From: an uncultured archaeon
GTDB lineage: Archaea; Asgardarchaeota; Lokiarchaeia; Sigyniarchaeales; SOKP01
Length of the DNA: 64,000 bases
Direction of reading: 5' to 3'
Assembly: GCA_964486045.1 (NCBI GenBank)
Contig: CAZALK010000015.1
Coordinates: 77,228 to 141,227 of the forward strand
Positions 41,664 through 51,736 of the stretch are shown in pieces. The translations under genes were made by a program, and so were the position numbers. Numbering within the stretch: position 1 is the first letter of the stretch; each line of letters begins with the position of its first letter. The notes under the pieces were generated by a model, which was given only the letters and a program-made list of their open reading frames with translations, had not been told where the DNA came from and did not search any database.

Positions 41664-42092
41664 ATGAAAATAAAGAGCAGACAGCCTCGTAAGCAAAGAA
41701 AAGCGCTATTTAATTATGGGAATCACCAAAGATCAAAATTGTTCACTACAAGGGTAGCTGATTTCGTTCGTGATGAGTATGGAATAAAAAAGCTTCCCAT
41801 TAGAGTAGGTGACAATGTTCGAATAACAAAAGGGGAGTATAAGGACTTTGAAGGGGAAGTATTAGAGGTTACGAAGAATTTAAGATGTAAGATAAAGGAG
41901 GCCCAATTCGAGAAAACTGATGGGACCCAATTCCATCCTGCTATACATATCTCGAACTTAATTATTACAAAGTTTACTAAAGAAAAAAAAATGGATCCCT
42001 GGCGAGCCAAAATTATTGAAAGAAAAGCTTTGTATGGTTTTTATGATGAAGAATTAAAAGGCCCAAAGAAGGAAATGGAGGAGGAAAAATAA
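41664..42092 (+). CDS. rpl24: Ribosomal protein uL24
   Basis: SRQPRKQRK, KOW motif GDNVRITKGEYK, IHISN. Confidence 0.95.
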   Translation: MKIKSRQPRKQRKALFNYGNHQRSKLFTTRVADFVRDEYGIKKLPIRVGDNVRITKGEYKDFEGEVLEVTKNLRCKIKEAQFEKTDGTQFHPAIHISNLIITKFTKEKKMDPWRAKIIERKALYGFYDEELKGPKKEMEEEK

Positions 42093-42095
42093 ATC

Positions 42096-42851
42096 ATGAC
42101 AAGACATGGCGGCCAAAAATCACTTAAAAGACTTAATACTCCGGCTTTTTTACAGATTAAAAGGAAGCATGGAAAGTTTTTCGTTAAACCATCAGCTGGT
42201 CCTCATCCAAATAAATTATGTTTACCCTTACTCCATATTGTTAGAGATCTTCTCAAAATTGTGGGTGACCATAGAGAAGCAAAAAAACTAATTGGATTAG
42301 GATATATGAAGGTCGATGGAAAGGTAGTGAGAGACACAGGTTATCCAATCGGATTGATGGATGTACTCTCAATTGAAAAAATGAATAAATATTATCGAAT
42401 ATTACCCGATTCTCATCATGGGTTAATCTTGCATGAAATTTCAAAGGAAGAGAGTTCTTTTAAATTATGCAGGATAAATAACAAAACTAGTATAAAAGGT
42501 GGTAATATTCAACTAAATCTTCATGATGGAAGAAATATTTTAGTTTTAGTGAATGACCCAAGAAGCCCAAAGGAAGATATTTACAAACATATGGATGTCT
42601 TGAAAATTTCAATCCCAGAACAGGAAATATTAAAAGTATTGAAATTTAACGAGAATAAGTTAGCAATTATCATTTCTGGGAAAAATATTGGGCAAGTAGG
42701 GAAAATTATAACAATTCTAAAAAGATTTGGTCCTAAAGCAAGTACGGTCTCTATTCAGCATAATGGGGATCATACAGAGACTTTATACGACTATACTTTT
42801 ATTATTGGAGAAGAACAATCAGAAATTAAATTACCAAAGATTGAAAATTAA
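42096..42851 (+). CDS. rps4e: Ribosomal protein eS4
   Basis: LKRL..P, GPH, VDGKV, GLMDV, HDGRN. Confidence 0.97.
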   Translation: MTRHGGQKSLKRLNTPAFLQIKRKHGKFFVKPSAGPHPNKLCLPLLHIVRDLLKIVGDHREAKKLIGLGYMKVDGKVVRDTGYPIGLMDVLSIEKMNKYYRILPDSHHGLILHEISKEESSFKLCRINNKTSIKGGNIQLNLHDGRNILVLVNDPRSPKEDIYKHMDVLKISIPEQEILKVLKFNENKLAIIISGKNIGQVGKIITILKRFGPKASTVSIQHNGDHTETLYDYTFIIGEEQSEIKLPKIEN

Positions 42852-42871
42852 TAACCTAATTAAGGAATAAA

Positions 42872-43465
42872 ATGTCAGCCAAAACCAAAAAGAAAACATC
42901 AAGCGCTCAATCGAAAGATTTTGATGAAAAGTGGAAAAATCCAATGAAAAAACCCTTTTTAGAGAAGATTGTATTAAATATAGGGGTCGGAGGCGGTGGA
43001 GAAGAATTAGAAAAAGCAGTAGGGGTTTTACAACAAATTACAGGGCAAGGTCCTATTAAAACACTGTCGAAGGTAAATGTAAAAGAGTTCAATCTAAGAA
43101 AAGGGCGCCCAATCGGCTGTAAAATCACAATTCGAGGTAATAAAGCAGAAAGGTTGTTAAAACGATTATTGATTGTTAACAATAACAAAATTTTGAGAAA
43201 AAGTTTTGATAATTTTGGGAATTTTGCTTTTGGTATCGATGAACATATTAAAATCCCACAAACTGAATATGAAGCAAGCATCGGATTATGGGGCTTGGAT
43301 GTGTGTGGAAGAATAACTAGACCTGGGATGAAGGTGAAATTTAGAAGAAAAGCAAGGTCAAGGATTTCAAAACATCATTATGTATCACGTATGGAAGCCC
43401 AATATTTTTTACAGCAAAATTTTGGAGTTGATATTGTCAAAAATTTGGATTTAGAATATATTTAA
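42872..43465 (+). CDS. rpl5: Ribosomal protein uL5
   Basis: NPM, KIVLNIGVG, GNFAFGIDEHI. Confidence 0.97.
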   Translation: MSAKTKKKTSSAQSKDFDEKWKNPMKKPFLEKIVLNIGVGGGGEELEKAVGVLQQITGQGPIKTLSKVNVKEFNLRKGRPIGCKITIRGNKAERLLKRLLIVNNNKILRKSFDNFGNFAFGIDEHIKIPQTEYEASIGLWGLDVCGRITRPGMKVKFRRKARSRISKHHYVSRMEAQYFLQQNFGVDIVKNLDLEYI

Positions 43466-43474
43466 TGATTTTAG

Positions 43475-43633
43475 GTGAAAAAAATACCACAAGGAAAGCG
43501 TTACGGTAAAGGACAGAGAAAATGTAGGCGTTGTCAAACACATAGGGGAATAATTCGACGTTATGGGTTATATATTTGCCGTAGATGCTTCTACGAGATT
43601 GGAAAAGACATAGGATTCAAGAGATTTGAATAA
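43475..43633 (+). CDS. rps14: Ribosomal protein uS14 (Zn-binding), absent from the ORF track
   Basis: Hand translation: [48 protein letters not shown]. Start is GTG 43475 or ATA 43484. Confidence 0.96.
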   Translation: MKKIPQGKRYGKGQRKCRRCQTHRGIIRRYGLYICRRCFYEIGKDIGFKRFE

Positions 43634-43664
43634 AACTTGTGTTTATAGTTAAAAGTGATAGAAA

Positions 43665-44048
43665 ATGGTAAATACCTTAGCAGATGCATGTTGTGCACTT
43701 AAAAATGCAGAAGGAGCTCGTAAGAAAGAAGTTGTGATAACCCCAGCTTCTAAAGTTATTCAGCAAATTCTTCGAATCTTTCAAAAACATGCCTACATTG
43801 GAGAGTTTGAAAGATACGATGATGGACGTCAAGGAAAATTCAAAATTGCCTTACTAGGTAGAATTAATGAATGTGCCGGTTTATTAAGGTTGAATTATAG
43901 AACTAATCAATTTGACACTCTAGAAAGAAGATTATTGCCCGCTCCTGGTTTAGGTCTAATAGTATTAACTACAAATGAAGGTATAATGACTATGAAAGAG
44001 TCAGAAGAAAAACACATTGGAGGACATGCATTGTGTTATATCTACTAA
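43665..44048 (+). CDS. rps8: Ribosomal protein uS8
   Basis: LADA...KNAE, YIGEFE..DDGR, LGRINEC, GG..LCY. Confidence 0.97.
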   Translation: MVNTLADACCALKNAEGARKKEVVITPASKVIQQILRIFQKHAYIGEFERYDDGRQGKFKIALLGRINECAGLLRLNYRTNQFDTLERRLLPAPGLGLIVLTTNEGIMTMKESEEKHIGGHALCYIY

Positions 44049-44071
44049 TCCCTACATGAGGTAACTAAAAG

Positions 44072-44650
44072 ATGGTAAAGATAGCATTCTTTAAAGAAGA
44101 ACTGGAGATTCCTGATGGTGTTAAAGTTTCTTTAGAAGGTGGGCATCATATAAGGGTTAAAGGACAAAACGGCGATATCACAAAAGATTTTTCTCATATA
44201 AGGGGAATAAAAGTTGCAATTAAAGATAAAAGAGTTAATTTCTCAACTAATTTCCCGAAAAGTGGCACTTTAGCATTAATAAAAACTATTGTAAGTATTG
44301 TAAACAATCTGATCATTGGAGTTCAGACAAATTATCAATATGTTTCAAAGATTGCTTATTCTCATTTCCCATGTAGCGTAAGAGTTGATGAAAAAAAACA
44401 ATATATTTACGTTGAAAATTTTTTAGGAGAAAGAGCTCCTCGAGTCGCAAAATATCCAGATAATGTAAAAGTGGAAATAAAAGGAGAGGATGTCTATTTT
44501 ATCGGACCAGATAAAGAAGCTCTTGGCCAAACTGCCGCAAATGTTAAAACAGCTTGTCGAATAAGAAAAAAAGACCCAAGGGTTTTCCAAGATGGTGTCT
44601 ATTTATTTAAAAAACAAGTAGGACAAGAAGTTATCTGGGAAATTGAATAA
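44072..44650 (+). CDS. rpl6: Ribosomal protein uL6
   Basis: YSHFP, NFLGE, KDPRVFQDGVY. Confidence 0.97.
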   Translation: MVKIAFFKEELEIPDGVKVSLEGGHHIRVKGQNGDITKDFSHIRGIKVAIKDKRVNFSTNFPKSGTLALIKTIVSIVNNLIIGVQTNYQYVSKIAYSHFPCSVRVDEKKQYIYVENFLGERAPRVAKYPDNVKVEIKGEDVYFIGPDKEALGQTAANVKTACRIRKKDPRVFQDGVYLFKKQVGQEVIWEIE

Positions 44651-44665
44651 AATAGGGAAAATATC

Positions 44666-45148
44666 ATGGTGCAAGATAAAAGATTGATGGAACTAAGAAA
44701 AAAGATTAATAAGAACAGACCTTCTTTCAGAAGAGTTGAATCTTGGAGGTATAAGAGAGTAAAAGATTCCTGGAGAAAAGCCAGAGGTATTGACTCAAAA
44801 ACAAGGAAGAAAAAAAAACTAGGTGTTAAGTCTCCAACAATTGGGTATAGAGGACCAAAAAAAGTGAGAGGATTACATCCCTCTGGGTATATAGAAGTAA
44901 GAATTACTACACCAAAGGATTTACAAAATTTAAGCAAGAAAAGGCACGTTGTTAAAATTTCAGGAAAATTGGGTGCAAGAAAACGTATAGTTTTAACAGA
45001 TTATTGTCAAAAGAGAGGATTTAAAATATTAAATCTTGGAATTTCCCGAAGAGAAATTGAAATGTTAGAAGAAATGGCAGAAGCTCCTATCGCTGATTTT
45101 GAAGATGATGAATTAGAAGATTCTCTAGAAATGGAGAAAGAAGAATAG
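44666..45148 (+). CDS. rpl32e: Ribosomal protein eL32
   Basis: P.FRR, WRKARGIDSK, GY....RGLHPSG. Confidence 0.97.
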   Translation: MVQDKRLMELRKKINKNRPSFRRVESWRYKRVKDSWRKARGIDSKTRKKKKLGVKSPTIGYRGPKKVRGLHPSGYIEVRITTPKDLQNLSKKRHVVKISGKLGARKRIVLTDYCQKRGFKILNLGISRREIEMLEEMAEAPIADFEDDELEDSLEMEKEE

Positions 45149-45165
45149 ATTAGAGGTATATAAAG

Positions 45166-45621
45166 ATGAATTTAACACCACAGAAAAGGATGGCTGCTGA
45201 GATTCTCAAGTGTGGAGAGAATAGAGTTTATTTTGATCCTTTTTTAATTGAAGATATTTCACTTGCGATAACACGTGAAGATATTCGGAATTTGATAAAA
45301 CAAGGAGTAATTCAAAAAAAATATAAAAAAGGAAATTCAAAGCGTAGAAAAAATATTCGCCATGAGAGAAAGAAAAAAGGAAGAGCGAGAGGTTTTGGAA
45401 AAAGAAAAGGAACAAAACACGCTAGAACTCCAAAAAAAAGAGCATGGATAAGGCGAATTCGTCCACAAAGAAGAGAATTGAAAAAATTAAGAGATAGAAA
45501 ATTGATCACAACCGCTAATTATCGAAAATTGTATAAAAATGCAAAAGGCGGAATGTTCGCTAGTGTTGCTCAATTAAATCGTCATATTAAAGAAAAAGAT
45601 TTAATAAAAAGAGGCAGGTAA
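45166..45621 (+). CDS. rpl19e: Ribosomal protein eL19
   Basis: QKRMAA.ILKCG, GKRKGT..AR, LY..AKGG.F. Confidence 0.97.
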   Translation: MNLTPQKRMAAEILKCGENRVYFDPFLIEDISLAITREDIRNLIKQGVIQKKYKKGNSKRRKNIRHERKKKGRARGFGKRKGTKHARTPKKRAWIRRIRPQRRELKKLRDRKLITTANYRKLYKNAKGGMFASVAQLNRHIKEKDLIKRGR

Positions 45622-45624
45622 AAT

Positions 45625-46218
45625 ATGGCAAGAGGTCCAAGATACAGAAGACCATTTCGAAGAAGATTTGAAGGGAAAACTGATTATCATAAAAGATTAA
45701 AACTATTGAAATCGAGAAAATTGAGAGTTGTGATAAGAAGCTCCAATAATCATATGAGAGTTCAAATTGTTCAATCTAAGTTAGGTGGTGATAAAGTTCT
45801 GATCTCTGCATTTTCAAAAGAACTTGCTTTAAAATATGGATGGATTGCTAATACTGGAAATATTCCTGCATCTTATTTGACAGGTTACCTGGCAGGATTA
45901 CGAGCAAAGAAAAACAATATTCAAGAAGCTATATTTGATCTGGGTATGATCTATAATAAAAATCGCGTGCTGGCTACGTGTAAAGGTGTTGTAGATGCTG
46001 GTATTCAAATTCCTTATAATGAGGAATTCTTTCCAAAGGGCTTGGAAGAGAGAATAAAAGGTAATCATATCGAAAGTTATGCTACAAATTTAAAATCAGA
46101 AGATCCAGAAAAATATGAACAAGTATTTTCGGGATATTTGAAAGTTAAAAATGTAGATCCGATGAAAATTAGTAAAATTTTTTCAGATTCATTAAAAAAA
46201 ATAGAAAATGAGGCTTAA
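45625..46218 (+). CDS. rpl18: Ribosomal protein uL18
   Basis: FRRR.EGKTDY, GNIPASYLTG. Confidence 0.97.
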   Translation: MARGPRYRRPFRRRFEGKTDYHKRLKLLKSRKLRVVIRSSNNHMRVQIVQSKLGGDKVLISAFSKELALKYGWIANTGNIPASYLTGYLAGLRAKKNNIQEAIFDLGMIYNKNRVLATCKGVVDAGIQIPYNEEFFPKGLEERIKGNHIESYATNLKSEDPEKYEQVFSGYLKVKNVDPMKISKIFSDSLKKIENEA

Positions 46219-46232
46219 AATAAGGGATAAGA

Positions 46233-46847
46233 ATGAGTCGTTTACGAGATATGGATGAGCAATGGGTCCCAAAAACCAAGCTTGGAGAATTAGTTCAGCA
46301 AGGACTAATTACTTTGGATAAGATTTTCCAAAATAATTTAATAGTGAAGGAAAAAGAAATAATGAATGTTCTTTTACCACAGCTAAAAGAAACAGTAGTT
46401 ACGATCAAAATGGTACAGTTGATGACTGCTAGCGGGCAGCGTAGTAAATTCAAAGCGGTTGTGCTTGTTGGAACCGATGGATTTATAGGAACCGGCTCAG
46501 CTAAGTCGAGAGAGGTTGGTCCCGCTATAAGAAAAGCAATAGATAAGGCGAAACTCTCTGTAGTTCCCGTTTTCAGGGGTTGTGGAAGCAAAGAATGCGG
46601 ATGTGGTGGCACCCATAGTATCCCCTTTAAAGTTAAAGGTAAATGTGGTTCAGTACGTATCAGACTTATACCCGCTCCTGCTGGTGTAGGCCTAGCTTGT
46701 GCTGATAAAGTTAAAGACGTGTTAAGATTATGCGGAATTGAAGATATTTGGAGTAAGACCTTTGGTGATACAAGAACTAGTGAAAACCTTGTAAAGGCGA
46801 CTTTTGATGCCTTAAAAAATGCGCATAAATATAATTTTAATCTATAA
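46233..46847 (+). CDS. rps5: Ribosomal protein uS5
   Basis: WVPKTKLG, GCGS.EC, LIPAP.GVG. Confidence 0.97.
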   Translation: MSRLRDMDEQWVPKTKLGELVQQGLITLDKIFQNNLIVKEKEIMNVLLPQLKETVVTIKMVQLMTASGQRSKFKAVVLVGTDGFIGTGSAKSREVGPAIRKAIDKAKLSVVPVFRGCGSKECGCGGTHSIPFKVKGKCGSVRIRLIPAPAGVGLACADKVKDVLRLCGIEDIWSKTFGDTRTSENLVKATFDALKNAHKYNFNL

Positions 46848-46866
46848 GAAACAAAGTGGTGTATAC

Positions 46867-47391
46867 ATGACGATGGTAAAAAAGAATATCAAGTCAAAAG
46901 AAACTGAATATGTTCCCAAGCTTTATTTCGCAATTCGCCTAAGAGGAGCACCAGGTATGAGAGGGACAATTCTTGATACTCTTAAAATGCTTAGAATGCA
47001 TAAGGTAAATCATGGAGTCCTTATTTGGGGTACAAAAAGCTTTAAAGGAATGCTTGTGAAATGTAAAGACTATATCTCTTATGGAGAGATTGATGACAAG
47101 ACTTTAGTAAGACTTTTAAGAGTTAGAGGAAAAATAGAAGGAAATAAAGCACTTACAAAGGAATCTTTAAGGCTTTTAACCGAATATAAAACTTTTAAAG
47201 AACTTTCAAAGGCATTACTTAATGGAGAAATACAATTACGAGAAAAAGATTTAAATAAAATTAAACCTGTATTCCGCTTGCATCCTCCTAGAAAAGGACA
47301 TAGAGGAACGATAAAAAGACATTATGGTGAAGGAGGAATTTTAGGTTATGTCGGTGCTTATATCAATCAGATAATCCCTAAAATGGTATAG
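46867..47391 (+). CDS. rpl30: Ribosomal protein uL30
   Basis: AIRLRG, TLKMLR, PVFRLHPPRKG; ATG 46867 follows a GGTG site. Confidence 0.95.
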   Translation: MTMVKKNIKSKETEYVPKLYFAIRLRGAPGMRGTILDTLKMLRMHKVNHGVLIWGTKSFKGMLVKCKDYISYGEIDDKTLVRLLRVRGKIEGNKALTKESLRLLTEYKTFKELSKALLNGEIQLREKDLNKIKPVFRLHPPRKGHRGTIKRHYGEGGILGYVGAYINQIIPKMV

Positions 47392-47409
47392 TAAGAAGGT
47401 GAATCATAA

Positions 47410-47889
47410 ATGAGAAAATTTCCAAGAAAAGTACTCAAAATGAGAGGTAGTAGAACCCATGGGTATGGTGTAGTAGGTCAGCATAGGAAAACAGGGCAGC
47501 GTGCGGGGAGAGGAAAAACTACTCAATGGAAAAAGAGTAAGAAAAGTTATTATCTTAAACAAAAAGAATTAGGTTTTCCGGATCCTGATTGGGATATGGG
47601 AAAAAAAGGTTTTAAAAGACCTCAAGATATCAACCGAATCTATCAAGTAAATACCATGAATGTAAAAGATCTTGATCTAAAAATTGATAATTTCGTTCTG
47701 GATAAAAAAGCAACAAAATCAGGTAACTCTTACAGCATTAATTTGAATGAGTTTAATATTCAAAAACTTTTGGGGAACGGAGAAATCAATAGAACGATTA
47801 ATATATCCGTGAACAAAGCCTCAAAAAGAGCCATTGAGAAAATTGAGGCTGCTGGGGGAAAGATAACTTTAATCTCAAACACTAAATAA
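47410..47889 (+). CDS. rpl15: Ribosomal protein uL15
   Basis: RGSRTHGYG, GKKGF, KLLG.G, KIEAAGG. Confidence 0.97.
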   Translation: MRKFPRKVLKMRGSRTHGYGVVGQHRKTGQRAGRGKTTQWKKSKKSYYLKQKELGFPDPDWDMGKKGFKRPQDINRIYQVNTMNVKDLDLKIDNFVLDKKATKSGNSYSINLNEFNIQKLLGNGEINRTINISVNKASKRAIEKIEAAGGKITLISNTK

Positions 47890-47955
47890 GGTATCAAACC
47901 TACTGTTTCTTTTAAATATTATTTATCGGTTTAAATTTCTAAAGAAGATAAAAAA

Positions 47956-48099
47956 ATGGAAGCTAATCCTAACAAAAATCAAAGTGAAGATGATTTAGGT
48001 GATGATAGTCAAGATCGGAGAAAAAGGAATAAATGGATAATAATTTGTTTAATAATTATTATTGTTATGATGCTTCCTTCTACTTTAATTTTTTTTTAA
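47956..48099 (+). CDS. 47-aa putative tail-anchored membrane microprotein, absent from the ORF track
   Basis: MEANPNKNQSEDDLGDDSQDRRKRNKWIIICLIIIIVMMLPSTLIFF: acidic region, basic patch, terminal TM. Confidence 0.5.
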   Translation: MEANPNKNQSEDDLGDDSQDRRKRNKWIIICLIIIIVMMLPSTLIFF

Positions 48100-48902
48100 A
48101 ATCTTGTTTTTTTATTAAAATCGCTGTCTTCCCAAATAAAGAGATGTTTTAATAATTCCGGTAAGAATTTAATGGTACCAAGGTTATAGAAAAACAAATC
48201 GGTAAGATGTTTAAATTTACACATCACCTCTGGTATTATGTCTAAATCAGGAATACCTAAGCGTAGGCTTACGACACGCTTATTTTCCACATGAAAAAAA
48301 TTACTGCTTCTTGTGTAATTGGGAGGTTTTTCATCGTTAATTATAATATAGACAGGCTTTCTTAGTATGAATTCTAATTCGCGTAGAATTTCCGCCTCTC
48401 TTGGCTCTAATAATGCATCTATAAGTTCACCGTGAGATAGTAGCGATGTAAGGCGGGATTCATAGAGGTAATTAACCACACTTTCGTAACCACTTCCCAA
48501 TCTTTTAGCAATTTCTTCTTTTAAAATAATTTTTGCATATAGGTCATGTTTTGCTAATTCCTGAAGTAAGCTAAATGATAGACTATAGTGCAAAATTCGT
48601 GAATCGTAGCCACTTTCATACCATGCTTGAATATTCGAGCAATGCCCAAAGAATTCATCTTCTGGGGATATACCATTTTCGACATCATCCCAACCAGTTT
48701 TTTCTGTTAATTTTAATTTTTCTATTACTTCCTCAATTGATTCAATACCATTAAAGCTTTCAGCTTCTTCAAGGGGTATATTTAATGTCAAGCTTTTACA
48801 CTGCCTGAAAAGCTTATTATTGATATAAATATTAGTGTCTCCGTCCTCTAATCTGAGAGAGATTAACTTATTAACGACAAATTCTTTATCTGCCATCCTC
48901 AT
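48096..48902 (-). CDS. Lokiarchaeal LRR-protein family N-terminal domain with a short LRR tail
   Basis: EFVVNKLISLRLE..TNIY..FRQC, EFFGHCSNIQAW, YDSRILH; one or two degenerate LRRs. Confidence 0.7.
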   Translation of the reverse strand: MRMADKEFVVNKLISLRLEDGDTNIYINNKLFRQCKSLTLNIPLEEAESFNGIESIEEVIEKLKLTEKTGWDDVENGISPEDEFFGHCSNIQAWYESGYDSRILHYSLSFSLLQELAKHDLYAKIILKEEIAKRLGSGYESVVNYLYESRLTSLLSHGELIDALLEPREAEILRELEFILRKPVYIIINDEKPPNYTRSSNFFHVENKRVVSLRLGIPDLDIIPEVMCKFKHLTDLFFYNLGTIKFLPELLKHLFIWEDSDFNKKTRF

Positions 48903-49043
48903 TAAAATACATATTTTATTAAAATATAAATTAAAAGTTTTTCAAGCTCTTTCGAGAGATTCTTATTATCTATTCTTTTAAATTTTCAATATAAAATCTA
49001 TGGAGATGTATAAGTAAAGAAAATTCCGATTTTTTAGATATAA

Positions 49044-49694
49044 TTAATAAAGCATCTTATATATTAGTTGGATCAATCCTGGCAATATAAAGATAAACCC
49101 GAGTGTATTCCCTATAAGATGTGTTATAGTAAAAGGAATACCAGTTATAAATATTGGTAAAAAGCGATCAACTGTGCCATAAAACGATATAGCATCAACC
49201 ATCGTGGAAAAAATTTGAAAAAACGTTGTGATCATTCCCCCAGTAATTCCAAAAATAACCATTAAAGAAATTTTATATAGATCTTCATCTGGTGTAAAGA
49301 AAGTCTTATTTCTAAGTAATTGATGGACTACTGCTCCTAATAATCCTACTGATGTATAATACATTAATTGGAAAGCTAAAAGGGGTAAAGGAGAAGCACC
49401 AAGAGGATTAAAGAATGTAAAGATAATTGAACTTAGGAATCCTACAATCATCCCATCTCTTTTCCCTAAGATAAAACCTGATAAAAATATTGTAAGAGTA
49501 AATAATTCAACATTAGGTATAAATACTAATGCATATCCTAGAACCACACTTAATGCCGTAAAAGTACTGACTAATGCAATTCGGAATGATCTTCTTTCTA
49601 ACCAAACTGAAGTATTTCTAATCTCCTGTTCTGATCTTGCTGTCTTAAGTGGTTGTTTATCTGGATTTATAGAGTCTGGTTCTAAATTTTCCAC
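49044..49694 (-). CDS. ECF transporter S component (CbrT/cobalamin-like)
   Basis: IAL...TALSV, IPNVE, GIPF..H.IGN; about 6 TM helices. Confidence 0.75.
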   Translation of the reverse strand: MENLEPDSINPDKQPLKTARSEQEIRNTSVWLERRSFRIALVSTFTALSVVLGYALVFIPNVELFTLTIFLSGFILGKRDGMIVGFLSSIIFTFFNPLGASPLPLLAFQLMYYTSVGLLGAVVHQLLRNKTFFTPDEDLYKISLMVIFGITGGMITTFFQIFSTMVDAISFYGTVDRFLPIFITGIPFTITHLIGNTLGFIFILPGLIQLIYKMLY

Positions 49695-49884
49695 AGAATT
49701 TCTCTCGGCAAGTTATTACTTTATAGCTTAAAGAGAATAATTTTACACTATTTAAAAATTTATAGGAAACATCACCTATTCTTTGTGACAGAAATATAAA
49801 GAATCATCAGAAACATTTAAACATAATATTTTATTATTGCCTAAAATGTTTTATATATTAATAATTAGAGATTTATGAATTGCT

Positions 49885-50349
49885 ATGGAAAATATAATTC
49901 AATTACAAGTAGAGATAAATTGTGATATAAACACTGCCTTTGACATGTTTACGCAAAACAGATTATTAGAGAGTTGGTTAACAGAAAAGGCTGAAGTAGA
50001 ACCAAAAGTTGGGGGGAAATTTGAATTATTCTGGGTTCCTGAAAATCGAGAGCACGATAGTACGATTGGTTGTAAAATTACAGGAATAGAGAAAAATAAA
50101 TTTCTCTGTTTTTCATGGAAAGGACCCACACAGTATGAGGCTTTCATGAATTTTGCTGATCCTCTCACACACGTAATTGCTTGTTTCTCTCAAGAAAATA
50201 ATAATTCAAATAAAACTACTATTCATTTATTCCATACAGGTTGGAGAAAGGCTCCTGAATGGCAAGAAGCGCGAAATTGGTTTCAAGAAGCTTGGGTAAA
50301 TGCATTTGAAGTATTAAAAGAAAAAATCAAAAATAAGACATTGCCTTAA
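49885..50349 (+). CDS. SRPBCC/AHSA1 domain protein
   Basis: LESW, VGGKF, FSW, LFHTGW. Confidence 0.88.
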   Translation: MENIIQLQVEINCDINTAFDMFTQNRLLESWLTEKAEVEPKVGGKFELFWVPENREHDSTIGCKITGIEKNKFLCFSWKGPTQYEAFMNFADPLTHVIACFSQENNNSNKTTIHLFHTGWRKAPEWQEARNWFQEAWVNAFEVLKEKIKNKTLP

Positions 50350-50381
50350 ATTATAAGATTTGGTTAAAAAAAGAAAAAAAT

Positions 50382-50660
50382 TCATATGTCAATGTTTATT
50401 TTGCCTGATTTAACTGCTTCATATAATTCTTCCCAAACTTTTCGTTCTTCTTTCGTCAAAAAGTAGACTCCTATGGTTATAACTAAATAAATTATAGAGG
50501 TTATTATTCCAATAACCATTGAGATAATTTGAGATTCTTGACCGAAATAAATTGGGGATTGATCATCAAATGTTAAGAGTAACCAGTATTCATCAACAAA
50601 AAATCCTAAACCTGCACCAAATAAAATGTGCTCAATAGGTGCGAAAACTAAGTTAACTAT
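50382..50660 (-). pseudogene. Probable 5'-truncated membrane protein remnant
   Basis: 92 open codons (..ILFGAGLGFFVDEYW..TM..EERKVWEELY..) with no ATG/GTG/TTG in the first half and an in-frame stop just upstream. Confidence 0.5.
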
Positions 50661-50752
50661 TTTAGGTTAATGCTAAGATTACTGTACTATTTACTACTAT
50701 CTACTAAATGATTAAAATTAAATTTAGAGTAGCATTTTATTAAATTCATTAG

Positions 50753-51709
50753 ATGTTAACCTATGAGAAACTCGAGAAGGGAATATTTCTATTAAGATCG
50801 GATTCTTTTATCAGTAATGGTATCCTGATTAAAAACAGTGAAAATTCAGAGAACATTTTAATTGATTGTAATTTCAATTATGGTGAAATTCAAACCTTAA
50901 ATGACAGTTTGAGCAATGGTTTCTGTGCTTATTATTCTTCACACACACATTTAGATCATGTAAGCAATCTCCATTATTTTGAAGATCTTGGCATACCAAT
51001 TTATTGCCCTATTCCAGAAGATAGATATTTAAAAGATATGAATATTTTCTTGAAAGAAAATGGGATGGTTGATTGTGGAGTTGATAATATCTTCAGAAAT
51101 CTCATTTACTTTAAATTGAATTTCAAAAATTTAAAACATAGTAATGCGTTTAAACCTGGTGAAACTTTTAACTACGGAAAAATCAGTTTAGAAACGTTTC
51201 ATATGCCAGGTCATTCCCCAGGCCATACAGCATATTTAATACGAGATAAAACTAAAAGTAGAAACCCAGTTTTATTTGTTTCTGATCTAGGAATAGAAAA
51301 ATCAGGCCCATGGTATGGATTAAAGCATTGTAGTTTGAAAGAATATAGGGATTCTATTAAGAAAATCGAAGACATATATTTAAGCGATGATATGGTTCTT
51401 GCAAGCGGGCATGGTAAAAGTTATTTAACGAAACAACTTCAGATTTTCAAAAATGCTCTAAAGAGAATTGAAATTAATGAAGGTAGAGTTCTAAAAATGT
51501 TTGATTCAAAAAAACCAAAAAGCCTAAAAGAAATCACCCTCAAAGGGATTTATTACCCAGAAAATCATCTGAAGCGCCTACCTCCAGATGCTAGGAAGAT
51601 TCATTTCTGTTGGGAGTGGTATATTATATTACATCATATAAATGAGCTTAGAGAAAAGGGAAAACTTAAAGAAATTGACCATGAACTCAAAAGTTATGTT
51701 TTAAAATAA
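50753..51709 (+). CDS. MBL-fold metallo-hydrolase
   Basis: SHTHLDH, PGHSPGH, SD, GHG. Confidence 0.9.
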   Translation: MLTYEKLEKGIFLLRSDSFISNGILIKNSENSENILIDCNFNYGEIQTLNDSLSNGFCAYYSSHTHLDHVSNLHYFEDLGIPIYCPIPEDRYLKDMNIFLKENGMVDCGVDNIFRNLIYFKLNFKNLKHSNAFKPGETFNYGKISLETFHMPGHSPGHTAYLIRDKTKSRNPVLFVSDLGIEKSGPWYGLKHCSLKEYRDSIKKIEDIYLSDDMVLASGHGKSYLTKQLQIFKNALKRIEINEGRVLKMFDSKKPKSLKEITLKGIYYPENHLKRLPPDARKIHFCWEWYIILHHINELREKGKLKEIDHELKSYVLK

Positions 51710-51736
51710 TAGTTCAACTTCTTGTGGCTTAAAATT

